From: Sphingorhabdus sp.
Lineage (GTDB): Bacteria; Pseudomonadota; Alphaproteobacteria; Sphingomonadales; Sphingomonadaceae
Reading direction: 5' to 3'
Assembly (NCBI RefSeq): GCF_046292425.1
Contig: NZ_JBKBQV010000001.1
Location: forward strand, 52,175-116,174
DNA length: 64,000 nucleotides
Numbering within the stretch: position 1 is the first letter of the stretch; each line of letters begins with the position of its first letter. Of the stretch, positions 9,973-18,617 are shown piece after piece. The notes beneath the pieces are model-generated. The model did no database searches, was not told where the DNA came from, and saw only the letters and a program-made list of their open reading frames with translations. Position numbers and translations under genes: made by a program.

Positions 9973-10982
9973 TATGCGCGGGCTATCGCGAATTCTACTG
10001 CCTCAGTCAGCGCAGATTTGGCTTCGCCCGCCGGAAAATGCGCAATCGCGTCGATTGCGCGTTGGCCATAATGTCGGGCGCGGTCGAGTGTATCGTCAAT
10101 CGCCCTATGCGCGCGCAGCAAGTTACAAGCATGTGTAAGGTCGTCGCTGGACACGCGGTTGCCCAGCATCGCGTCGCGCCAGAACTTCTGCTCTTCGGCG
10201 TTTCCACGGCAGTGCGCGAGAATCACCGGTAGCGTGACTTTACCGTCGCGGAAATCATCGCCGCTGTCCTTGCCCATGGTTGCACCGTCAGAGACATAAT
10301 CAATGGCATCATCAACCAGTTGGAACGCAATGCCAAGGTTGCGGCCAAATGAATCAAGCGCCATTTCCTGCGCCTCGCCGCTTTCGGCCACGACGGCCGA
10401 TATCCGGCACGCGGCTGCAAACAGAGCTGCGGTTTTAGAACCAATGATTTCGAGATATTTTTCCTCAGTGGTCGAAATTTGCCGTTGAGCGGTCAATTGG
10501 TTGACCTCTCCTTCAGCGATAACCGCAGATGCATTCGATAATATTTTTAGAACTTTAAGCGACCCATCCTCAACCATCAGTTCAAATGATCGGCTGAAAA
10601 GAAAGTCGCCAACCAAAACTGCTGCAGGGTTGCCAAAAATCAAGTTGGCGGCAGTCTTGCCGCGGCGCATGTCGCTTCCGTCAACTACGTCATCATGAAG
10701 CAGGGTCGCCGTGTGAATGAATTCTACGGCGGCTGCCAGCTTATGGTGACGTTCGCCAGGGTAATCCAGCAACTGCGCACAGGCCAAAGTCAGCATTGGC
10801 CGCATTCGTTTGCCGCCGCCAGCGATCAAATGCCCTGCAAGTTCTGGGATTAGCGGGATTTCCGACTGCATGCGATCAAGGATGACTGCGTTGACCTTAT
10901 TCATCCCCGGCGCCACCAATTTGAGGATCGGGTCTAGCGATGGCGATTGATGTCCGCCGATTTTATGGATTGTTGCAGTCAT
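9969..10982 (-). CDS. ispB: Polyprenyl (octaprenyl-type) diphosphate synthase
   Basis: 337 aa with two Asp-rich motifs, LLHDDVVDGSDMRRG and FQLVDDAIDY. Confidence 0.9.
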   Translation of the reverse strand: MTATIHKIGGHQSPSLDPILKLVAPGMNKVNAVILDRMQSEIPLIPELAGHLIAGGGKRMRPMLTLACAQLLDYPGERHHKLAAAVEFIHTATLLHDDVVDGSDMRRGKTAANLIFGNPAAVLVGDFLFSRSFELMVEDGSLKVLKILSNASAVIAEGEVNQLTAQRQISTTEEKYLEIIGSKTAALFAAACRISAVVAESGEAQEMALDSFGRNLGIAFQLVDDAIDYVSDGATMGKDSGDDFRDGKVTLPVILAHCRGNAEEQKFWRDAMLGNRVSSDDLTHACNLLRAHRAIDDTLDRARHYGQRAIDAIAHFPAGEAKSALTEAVEFAIARAY

Positions 10983-11069
10983 AATGCTCCTGCTCTGACG
11001 ACAGCCGCGCTGATAGGCAAGTGCAAATGGTGTATTTCCCCTTGTCCCTTTCGATCAATATCGGCACAG

Positions 11070-11366
11070 ATGAGCAAGATGAACGACAGTGAAACCCTAT
11101 CTCGATTTCGCGACAGCATCGACAATATCGATGCCGCCTTGGTTTTCATGCTCGCCGAGCGGTTCAAGATAACGCAGGCTGTGGGGGAGTTTAAAGCGAA
11201 ATCGTCGCTCCCGCCCGCTGATCCGGCGCGCGAGGAAAAACAGATTGAGCGGCTTCGTCAACTGGCCCGTGACGCTAAACTAGATCCTGACTTTACGGAA
11301 AAATTCCTTCGCTTCATTATTGACGAGGTCATCCGCCACCATCAGCAGATTCGCGACGGCAGCTAG
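11070..11366 (+). CDS. Chorismate mutase (AroQ class)
   Basis: Track ORF 10947..11366 trimmed to the ATG at 11070. RFRDSIDNIDAALVFMLAERFKITQAVGEFK and REEKQIERL are typical of monofunctional CM type 2. Confidence 0.8.
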   Translation: MSKMNDSETLSRFRDSIDNIDAALVFMLAERFKITQAVGEFKAKSSLPPADPAREEKQIERLRQLARDAKLDPDFTEKFLRFIIDEVIRHHQQIRDGS

Positions 11367-12752
11367 TCAGCTTATCGCTTTCGGCAGCCTCAGCCGCGCC
11401 AACAGTCCACCGAGATCCTCGCTTTCCTCCAGCGCGACTGTCCCGCCGTAAATTTCCACGACGTCACGAACAATGGCAAGGCCAAGGCCGGTGCCGGGCT
11501 TGCCGGTATCTAGCCGTGCTCCGCGGTCAAACAAGCGCTCGCGTTCACTTTCCGGAATGCCGTTGCCGTCATCTTCAACGATAATTTCCACAAAATCGCC
11601 AACATCTTCAACGGTCACGAAAACACTGCCCCCACCATATTTGGCAGCATTTTCGATCAAATTTCCCAGCATTTCATCCAGATCCTGCCGCTCCACCCGC
11701 GCCGCAACTTCTTTATCACCGGCCATATCCAAGCGGACATGGGCATACAGGCGGCCGACGGCGCGTTCTACCGACTCCAGGCTGCCCCAAACCTGTGCGC
11801 GGCTATGGCTGTGGCCCCGCCGGCCCACCGCGCGGGCACGGGCCAAATGATGATCCACCTGCCGTCGCATTGTCGTAGCTTCGCGAATAACGGTTTCTGC
11901 TAGATCGGGGGCCTGCGCTGTCGCGCTGTTCATAATAACCGTCAGCGGCGTCTTTAATGCGTGCGCCAGATTGCCAGCATGTCGGCGCGACTCTTCTGCC
12001 TGTTTTTCATTATGGTCGAGTAAGGCGTTCAACTCATTCACCATCGGCATCACCTCGTCGGGCAAAGCATCGGTGACACGGCTTTCTTTTCCACTTCGCA
12101 TCTGGGCGATAGCCATTCGTACCGCGCGCAATGGCCAAAGACCATAAAAGGTCTGCAAAGCTGCCAAAATGATCAGACCGAGCGCCAGCAAGAAAAAGCT
12201 GATTACCAATACAGACCGCAGTTCCTGAATTTGCGCATCAAGACTATCCCGACTCTGCGCCACCATAAAAGTCCAGGCAATGTCCGAATCCGGAAGCTTG
12301 ATAGCACGCTCTGCGATACGCAGGGGCTCTTCAGCAAATTCGCTGCTATCGCGAAAATGAACAAACTGGTCATTATGGTCGGCGGGTGGACTTAGCGTGC
12401 GATCCCACAACGACCGTGAGGGAAAGGGCATCGCGCCTTTTCCGGTAATTTGCCAGTAAAGCCCGCTGTTCGGCTCAAGAAAACGTTGATCCCCCAGCGG
12501 GCGGTTCATCCGGATTTCACCGTCCGGGCCAATTTCGGCGGACGCAATCATCGCGGTCAGCACATACTCCAGCTGATTGTCGAAATTTTGCTCGACCGAA
12601 TTGGTCAGTACGCGGTCAAGCGCAGCCCCGCCCCCGATCAACAATATCGTAATCCACGCCGCCGCTGTCAGAATCATCCGGCGGGTGAGCGATCCAGTAC
12701 TTTGGAACTGACTGCGCCAGGTCGGCGGCTTTGGTACAGAGTTATTGACCAC
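11367..12752 (-). CDS. Two-component sensor histidine kinase
   Basis: 461 aa, GTG start. It has two TM segments flanking a periplasmic domain, an H-box AGNLAHALKTPL, and ATPase N/G boxes LIENAAKYG, DDGNGIP and GTGLGLAIV. Confidence 0.9.
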   Translation of the reverse strand: MVNNSVPKPPTWRSQFQSTGSLTRRMILTAAAWITILLIGGGAALDRVLTNSVEQNFDNQLEYVLTAMIASAEIGPDGEIRMNRPLGDQRFLEPNSGLYWQITGKGAMPFPSRSLWDRTLSPPADHNDQFVHFRDSSEFAEEPLRIAERAIKLPDSDIAWTFMVAQSRDSLDAQIQELRSVLVISFFLLALGLIILAALQTFYGLWPLRAVRMAIAQMRSGKESRVTDALPDEVMPMVNELNALLDHNEKQAEESRRHAGNLAHALKTPLTVIMNSATAQAPDLAETVIREATTMRRQVDHHLARARAVGRRGHSHSRAQVWGSLESVERAVGRLYAHVRLDMAGDKEVAARVERQDLDEMLGNLIENAAKYGGGSVFVTVEDVGDFVEIIVEDDGNGIPESERERLFDRGARLDTGKPGTGLGLAIVRDVVEIYGGTVALEESEDLGGLLARLRLPKAIS

Positions 12753-12760
12753 CGGCGTTT

Positions 12761-13426
12761 TCAGCTGACAGGTTCCTCAAGACTGTAGCCAAGGCCCCTG
12801 ATCGTAGAAATGACGTCCTGCCCCAATTTCTTCCGAATGCGGGTGACGAACACTTCGATTGTGTTGGAATCGCGGTCAAAATCCTGATCATAAATATGCT
12901 CGATCAATTCGGTCCGCGACACGACCTTGCCCTTGTGGTGCATAAGGTAGGACAGCAATTTATATTCCTGCGCCGTCAGTTTGACAGGTTGTCCGTCAAG
13001 TGTCACGCGACCGGAGCGAGTATCTAGCCGGACAGCGCCGACATTAAGCTCGCTAGAAGCGTTGCCCGATGCACGGCGTATGAGCGCGCGCAGGCGAGCA
13101 ATCAGTTCTTCTGTCTGGAAAGGCTTTGCCAGATAGTCGTCGGCGCCCGCATCAAGGCCAGCAACCTTGTCCGACCAGCTATCGCGCGCAGTCAGGACCA
13201 GTACAGGGAATTTCCGACCTTCTTTGCGCCAGCGGTCAAGTACCGTCAGCCCGTCAATCTCGGGCAAGCCAAGGTCAAGAATGACAGCATCGTAATTTTC
13301 GGTCGAACCCATATAGTGGCCGTCCTCTCCGTCGACAGAGAGGTCAACGGCATAACCTGCACCCTCAAGCGTCGATTTGAGCTGCTTGCCTAAGGTGGGT
13401 TCGTCTTCCACGATCAAGATGCGCAT
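12761..13426 (-). CDS. OmpR/PhoB-family response regulator
   Basis: 221 aa with a receiver domain (MRILIVEDE, ILDLGLPEIDG, TARD) and a winged-helix output domain (TIEVFVTRIRKKL, RGLGYSL). Confidence 0.95.
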   Translation of the reverse strand: MRILIVEDEPTLGKQLKSTLEGAGYAVDLSVDGEDGHYMGSTENYDAVILDLGLPEIDGLTVLDRWRKEGRKFPVLVLTARDSWSDKVAGLDAGADDYLAKPFQTEELIARLRALIRRASGNASSELNVGAVRLDTRSGRVTLDGQPVKLTAQEYKLLSYLMHHKGKVVSRTELIEHIYDQDFDRDSNTIEVFVTRIRKKLGQDVISTIRGLGYSLEEPVS

Positions 13427-13499
13427 GCTGTCCCCTTATAGTTGTCAATAATGTTATCGGAATATGGCTAGCAGATTCGCGTGCTGCTACAAAATCCTA

Positions 13500-13799
13500 T
13501 CAGCGTTGCCGCAGCACGCCCCCTGTCCGCCCGTCAACGTCCACGAAAATCACACGGTCGCGATTGATAAATTTCAGGCGGTATACCTGTGCGCTGGGGT
13601 CATATTCAGGGCCCAAATACTGCATTCCACGCATCCGTGGCACAATATTTGCCTCAATCTCACGCAAGGATTTGACCTTTCCGGCCCTCATATCCTGACG
13701 CGCTTCATTCTGTTCCCCACGCGCGGGATCAGCCATCGCAGGGGAGAAACATACAATGCTTGCGAGCATGGAAGCGAGAATAATTCTGTTGAACATCAA
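13500..13799 (-). CDS. PepSY domain-containing periplasmic protein
   Basis: 99 aa with a signal peptide and a PepSY-like C-terminus (YRLKFINRDRVIFVDVDGRTGGV). This is the usual partner upstream of such two-component pairs. Confidence 0.75.
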   Translation of the reverse strand: MMFNRIILASMLASIVCFSPAMADPARGEQNEARQDMRAGKVKSLREIEANIVPRMRGMQYLGPEYDPSAQVYRLKFINRDRVIFVDVDGRTGGVLRQR

Positions 13800-13874
13800 T
13801 TTCCCCTAATCCTGCAGCATTGAACACAAAGTGAATGGGGCGCCTGCATTATGGACCGCATGACGCCCGCATAG

Positions 13875-14588
13875 TTATTTCACCATTTCGAATGTGAAGG
13901 ACATTGTCGCCCCGACACTCAATTCGCCGGGCGAAATGGGTGTGGATTTTTCAGAAGCGTCCATTGCTCGAATGGCCATTGGCATTGGAGAGTATCCCCG
14001 GCCCTGATCGCTTTCTTCAACACGCAAAACTCTCACATCAGCATAGCCTGCCTTGCGCGCCACTTCGCGGGCGCGTTTCATGGCTGACGCCCAGACTTTG
14101 TCACGGGCAGCATCCTGAAACTTGCTGTCATCATCGATGCCGAACGTTGGTCCATTGAAGTTTGTCGCGCCATCGACGGCCAGCGCATCCAAAAAGGCGC
14201 CAAGCTTCTTTAGGTCGCGCAATTTTGCGTTGACCATGTTCGACGCCTGATAGCCTTTGAAAACTTGTTGCCCATCGCGATAGTCAAATTGCTGATTCAA
14301 ATTGATTTGTGTGGTCTGAATATCGCGATCTGCAATGCCCAGTTTCTTCAGGCGCGCGACCACAGACGCCATTTGCACATTATTTGCGCGCACTGCCTCG
14401 CTGGCCGTTGGTGCCATAGTTTGAACGCCAGTTGAAAAAGTAGCGATGTCAGGGCGGGCTTCCACGGTATCAGAAATTGTCAGATCAATTACCGGATTGG
14501 CAGTGGTGATATTCACCTGAGTCGCCATTGCGCCACTGGCAATCATGCCGCTGGTCGCTAGCAAAGCTGCTATAATCATTTTACGCAT
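13875..14588 (-). CDS. SIMPL (DUF541) domain-containing periplasmic protein
   Basis: 237 aa with a signal peptide. SIMPL-like pattern (EARPDIATFSTGVQTMAPTASEA, DIQTTQINLNQQFDY, ISPGELSVGATMSFTFEM). Confidence 0.8.
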   Translation of the reverse strand: MRKMIIAALLATSGMIASGAMATQVNITTANPVIDLTISDTVEARPDIATFSTGVQTMAPTASEAVRANNVQMASVVARLKKLGIADRDIQTTQINLNQQFDYRDGQQVFKGYQASNMVNAKLRDLKKLGAFLDALAVDGATNFNGPTFGIDDDSKFQDAARDKVWASAMKRAREVARKAGYADVRVLRVEESDQGRGYSPMPMAIRAMDASEKSTPISPGELSVGATMSFTFEMVK

Positions 14589-14615
14589 ATTGAACTCCCG
14601 TTTGATGCCAACGGC

Positions 14616-15464
14616 TTAAATGGCCGTCCGGCGTGCGCAATCAATATATGCTTGGCGAAGCTGAATGGTTGCAGAACCGGGTTTGCCATCGCCTATCGCA
14701 CACCCGTTTATGTTTACCACCGGCATCACAAAGCCTGAGGCCGAAGAAACGAAAGCCTCTGCCGCTTGTTCCGCTTCGCCGACCGAAAATGGCCGCTCTT
14801 CAATGCGTTGTGCAACAAGCGGCAGTACTGCCGCCCTAGTGATCCCGTGCAAAATATCCCGATTCAGCGGATGCGTAACCAATACGCCTTCGCGCGTAAT
14901 AATGTGCGCATTTTGCGCGCTGCCTTCCGTAATCCAGCCATCACGCTCCATCCACGCGTCATCGGCACCGCGCGCTATTGCCTCATTCTTCATCAGCGAA
15001 GCGTAGAGCAACTGCGTCGTTTTGATATCCGCCCTGCCCCATCGTAAGTCAGGCACGGTCACAACATGCAAGCCGCGTCGGGCCAAAGGGTTGTCCACAA
15101 GCTCCCGCGATTGAGTGAATGCAAGAACGGTGGGCGGCGTGTTTCTCGACGGAAAGACGAAGTCTCGGTCGGCGGGCGCTCCGCGTGTGACTTGCCAATA
15201 GATCATGCCTTCTTCGACATTGTTACGGGCCACCAACTCGCGACATATGGTCAGCCAGTTTTCTGTACCCGGCGTACCGGATATGCCGATCTCCTTAAGC
15301 GAACGGGCGAGGCGTTGCACATGACCATTAAAATCCACGAGCTTGCCGTCCAAAACCGACACAACCTCATAAACTGCATCCGCAAACAGAAAACCGCGGT
15401 CGAACACCGAAATCTTGCCTTCATTTTCGGGAATATAATTGCCGTTTAGATGGATTATACGCAT
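14616..15464 (-). CDS. D-amino-acid / class IV aminotransferase
   Basis: 282 aa with fold-type IV PLP motifs (RGFLFADAVYEV, IKTTQLLYASLMK, EGSAQNAHIIT). Confidence 0.85.
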   Translation of the reverse strand: MRIIHLNGNYIPENEGKISVFDRGFLFADAVYEVVSVLDGKLVDFNGHVQRLARSLKEIGISGTPGTENWLTICRELVARNNVEEGMIYWQVTRGAPADRDFVFPSRNTPPTVLAFTQSRELVDNPLARRGLHVVTVPDLRWGRADIKTTQLLYASLMKNEAIARGADDAWMERDGWITEGSAQNAHIITREGVLVTHPLNRDILHGITRAAVLPLVAQRIEERPFSVGEAEQAAEAFVSSASGFVMPVVNINGCAIGDGKPGSATIQLRQAYIDCARRTAI

Positions 15465-15640
15465 TTTCTGATACCTTGCCCGAGCGCCTCAGTTTAATTC
15501 GGCGCGATCCTTTGTCACCCGATGCCCGAAGTAAGAGGCTGAAACAAGTTCAGCATGACAGAGTGAACGACGAACAACTGTGCCCGCATCGCACAGTGAC
15601 GGTTGCATTGCTGGCGCCCTCGCCCTATCCGCCCTTGACC

Positions 15641-17443
15641 ATGTCAGCACCCCCTATTTTTGCCTTCGAAGGTCTCGCGCTACAGCAAGGCGGCGGATGG
15701 CTGTTTCAGGATATCGACCTGTTTATCGGTGCGCGTGACCGCTTGGCGTTGATTGGCCGCAACGGTGCTGGCAAAACAACCTTGATGAAGCTGGTGGCTG
15801 GAACGGTCGAGGCAGACAAAGGCAACCGCGTCGTCGTGCCCGGCACGAATATCGTTATGCTGGAGCAAGACCCGGACGTCACATCATTTAACCGGCTGGT
15901 CGATTTTGCCGTTTATGGCGAAAAAGGACCGCCCGAATATGCCGTGCGCGCTATCGCTGACCAACTGGGTATTAATTTGGACCGAGAGGCAAAGACCGCA
16001 AGCGGCGGGGAAAAGCGCCGCGCTGCGATTTGCAGAGCGCTCGCGAGTGAACCCGACTTGCTCCTTCTTGACGAGCCGACCAATCACCTTGATCTTGCTG
16101 CAATCGAATGGCTCGAAGAATGGCTGACGCGCTATCGCGGTGCCTTCATGGTGATCAGCCACGACAGGACATTCTTGACGCGATTGACACGGCAAACCTT
16201 TTGGCTCGACCGTGGGCTGCTGCGCCGCAACGAGATAGGCTTTGGCGGTTATGAAGCATGGACGGAACGAGTCTTTGCCGAGGACGCGCGGAACGCAGAC
16301 CGTCTGGATGCCAAGCTAAAGATTGAGGCACATTGGCTTGAACGTGGCGTGACTGCGCGGCGCAAGCGTAATCAGGGCCGATTGGCGAAATTGTGGGAGA
16401 TGCGCGCGGCGCGTGCGGCGATGATTGGACCGCAAGGCACAGCCAAGCTCGCCGCGTCGAGCGATGACAGCAAAACGAAAACTGTCATCAGCGCCCAGCA
16501 TGTTTGCAAAAGTTTCGGTGAACGGACAATCATCAAGGATTTCACGCTGCGCATCCAGCGCGGTGACCGCATAGGCATTGTGGGTGCAAATGGCACAGGC
16601 AAGACGACTCTCATTCGCCTCCTGACCGGAGAGACGGAACCTGACACGGGCAGCATTACACTTTCGCCTACGCTGACCGGCATCGTCATCGACCAGCAGC
16701 GCAAGTTGCTGACGCCGGAAAAGCGCGTGCGCGATGTCTTGGCCGATGGCGGCGACTGGATCGATGTGCGCGGCGTGCGCAAGCATGTGCAGGGCTATCT
16801 TAAAGAATTTCTTTTTGACCCGGCGCTAATCGAAGCACGGATTGGGTCTCTTTCCGGTGGCGAGCAGTCGCGCATACTGCTTGCCCGCGAGTTTGCGCGT
16901 GAAGCCAATCTGCTGGTGCTGGATGAGCCGACCAACGACCTTGATCTGGAAACGCTCGATCTGCTTCAAGAGGTTATTGCGGATTATGACGGCACAGTGT
17001 TGATCGTTAGCCATGACCGTGACTTCCTTGACCGAACCGTGACATTGACGCTTGGTCTGGACGGTTCGGGCCATGTCGATATTATTGCCGGCGGATATGC
17101 GGACTGGGAAGACAAACGCGACAAGCGGGCCAAGTCGAACCCAAAAAAGGCAGACAAGACGTCGTCGTCCGTGCCTGCGGCCGCCGGACAAACTGCCGCG
17201 AAACGGGTAAAGCTTACTTACAAAGACCAGCGCGATTATGATCTTCTGCCTCAGCGCATCGCGGAAATCGATGCGGAGATCGCGGCAGCAGAGTTAGAAA
17301 TGGCCGACCCCGCTTTATACACGCGAAAACCTGAGCGGTTTGCAGAATTAACCGCCAAGACGGAGAACCTGCGCGCCGAAAAAGACACAGCTGAAGATCG
17401 CTGGCTCGAGCTGGCTTTAATCGTCGAAGAGTCCGCCTTTTAA
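15641..17443 (+). CDS. ABC-F family ATPase (Uup-like)
   Basis: Track ORF 15476..17443 trimmed to the ATG at 15641 (MSAPPIFAFEGL). It has two ABC cassettes (GRNGAGKTT with LSGGEKRR/LLLDEPTNHLD, and GANGTGKTT with LSGGEQSR/LVLDEPTNDLD), no TM domain, and a charged C-terminal coil. Confidence 0.9.
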   Translation: MSAPPIFAFEGLALQQGGGWLFQDIDLFIGARDRLALIGRNGAGKTTLMKLVAGTVEADKGNRVVVPGTNIVMLEQDPDVTSFNRLVDFAVYGEKGPPEYAVRAIADQLGINLDREAKTASGGEKRRAAICRALASEPDLLLLDEPTNHLDLAAIEWLEEWLTRYRGAFMVISHDRTFLTRLTRQTFWLDRGLLRRNEIGFGGYEAWTERVFAEDARNADRLDAKLKIEAHWLERGVTARRKRNQGRLAKLWEMRAARAAMIGPQGTAKLAASSDDSKTKTVISAQHVCKSFGERTIIKDFTLRIQRGDRIGIVGANGTGKTTLIRLLTGETEPDTGSITLSPTLTGIVIDQQRKLLTPEKRVRDVLADGGDWIDVRGVRKHVQGYLKEFLFDPALIEARIGSLSGGEQSRILLAREFAREANLLVLDEPTNDLDLETLDLLQEVIADYDGTVLIVSHDRDFLDRTVTLTLGLDGSGHVDIIAGGYADWEDKRDKRAKSNPKKADKTSSSVPAAAGQTAAKRVKLTYKDQRDYDLLPQRIAEIDAEIAAAELEMADPALYTRKPERFAELTAKTENLRAEKDTAEDRWLELALIVEESAF

Positions 17444-17955
17444 CCAGAAATTCTGTAAAAACACGCCAGCCGGTCCAACGCAATTTTCAGGACCAGCTTC
17501 CCCGACCGCACTGGCCATGACATTTCGCGTTCGGCGACTGGCACGCTTTCACCCACGCAAATGACCCGCCATGCGATGTCCGACAAATCAGGACCAAGCG
17601 CTGTCAAGGCTTGGTCAAAGCGAGCTTTTGCACTAATCGTCCGCTCGGTGGAATTTAACCCGGATGGGGCCGCACGTTTTCTCCGGCTGCGCGGAATATT
17701 CTCCCAAGACATGGTTATCTGCGGCCCAAACGCCGCCGTTTCATAATCACGGCGCAAGTTTTCACCGGCCAACATTTGGCGATCGGTTAAGTGACCATGA
17801 GCATGCAACCAAGATAACGGGGATTCAGATAGGTTTACCGTAACGGTACGTTCACCGGCTCTTACAGCGGAGCGTACTCCATTTTGGTTCAATCCTTTCT
17901 CGACAAGAGTTCGCGGATCATGAAGTTTGTGGTTAGAAAATAACTTAGCGGGCAT
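17440..17955 (-). CDS. Conserved hypothetical protein, DUF6456-like (by-eye assignment)
   Basis: Track ORF starts at TTG 17958, and the ATG at 17955 gives MPAKLFSNHK. About 171 aa. The core ESPLSWLHAHGHLTDRQMLAGENLRRDYE and C-terminal SGKLVLKIALDRLACFY resemble the alphaproteobacterial DUF6456 family from memory. This was not verified by HMM. Confidence 0.55.
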   Translation of the reverse strand: MPAKLFSNHKLHDPRTLVEKGLNQNGVRSAVRAGERTVTVNLSESPLSWLHAHGHLTDRQMLAGENLRRDYETAAFGPQITMSWENIPRSRRKRAAPSGLNSTERTISAKARFDQALTALGPDLSDIAWRVICVGESVPVAEREMSWPVRSGKLVLKIALDRLACFYRISG

Positions 17956-17991
17956 CAATAGTCTCCAACGGTGGGCCGAATCATCATTGCC

Positions 17992-18032
17992 ATTTGGTGA
18001 ATATTGTAGGAAAGAAAAAACCTATTTGGTGA
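17992..18032. promoter_or_regulatory. Composite operator-like element W1-W2-W1 in the divergent control region
   Basis: ATTTGGTGA (17992-18000) is followed by ata, then TTGTAGGAAAG (18004-18014), then aaaaaacct, then ATTTGGTGA (18024-18032). The direct repeats are 32 bp apart. The element lies between the ATG at 17955 (minus) and the ATG at 18044 (plus), and its words recur at 23090-23132. Confidence 0.55.
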
Positions 18033-18043
18033 CGGAGGGATGC

Positions 18044-18607
18044 ATGCAAAGTCGAATTCGCGATGTTCGCAAGGCAAAAGGACTTACCCTTGCGGAGGTG
18101 GCAGAACGCTGCAAACCACCTACAACGGCGCAAACAATTGGACGTCTCGAAACAGGCACCCGCGTGCTATCGCTGATATGGATTAACCGGATTGCGGAGG
18201 CTTTGAAGGTCGACTCCAGTGACCTCATCGCGTTGCCTGATCAACAATATCTACCCGTGGCCGCCATATTACACGACGACGGTACGTTTGCCCCGAGACA
18301 AACAGAGCGCATCATGGTCCCAAACACGGGTGATGCGATGATAGGTATGCGTATTGCCGCATCCACCGGTCAATATCGGCGTGGCGATCAATTATGGCTG
18401 CAACAATTGCAGCCCAACCAGTTTTCCTCCGCGTTGAATCTCGATGTTCTTGTACCTCGACCCGGCGGTCGCTTTATCTTTGGCCGGCTTTTGGGGCACG
18501 AGGCTGGAAAGCTGCACATCCTGCCAATCGAGACAGGCGCTCGCCAACAGATCGTCGCTGATCCAGCATGGATTGCAAAAGCTGTCCGTTTGGTCCGCCA
18601 GCTTTAA
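18044..18607 (+). CDS. XRE-family HTH regulator with a C-terminal LexA/CI (S24)-like domain
   Basis: Track ORF 17927..18607 trimmed to the ATG at 18044 (GGAGGG lies 6 nt upstream). It has an HTH (RKAKGLTLAEVAERCKPPTTAQTIGRLETG) and an S24-like fold (GDAMIG...RRGDQLWL...FIFGRLL...LHILPIE). Confidence 0.8.
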   Translation: MQSRIRDVRKAKGLTLAEVAERCKPPTTAQTIGRLETGTRVLSLIWINRIAEALKVDSSDLIALPDQQYLPVAAILHDDGTFAPRQTERIMVPNTGDAMIGMRIAASTGQYRRGDQLWLQQLQPNQFSSALNLDVLVPRPGGRFIFGRLLGHEAGKLHILPIETGARQQIVADPAWIAKAVRLVRQL

Positions 18608-18617
18608 GGGGGAAGCC

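Noticed and set aside
18444-18617. The 5' extension of the glycosyltransferase track ORF, which overlaps the last 164 nt of the regulator gene.
   Set aside because: The extension has no GT-like sequence. A TTG with a strong G-rich SD at 18618 gives the standard GT4 N-terminus (RILTLSTLFP).
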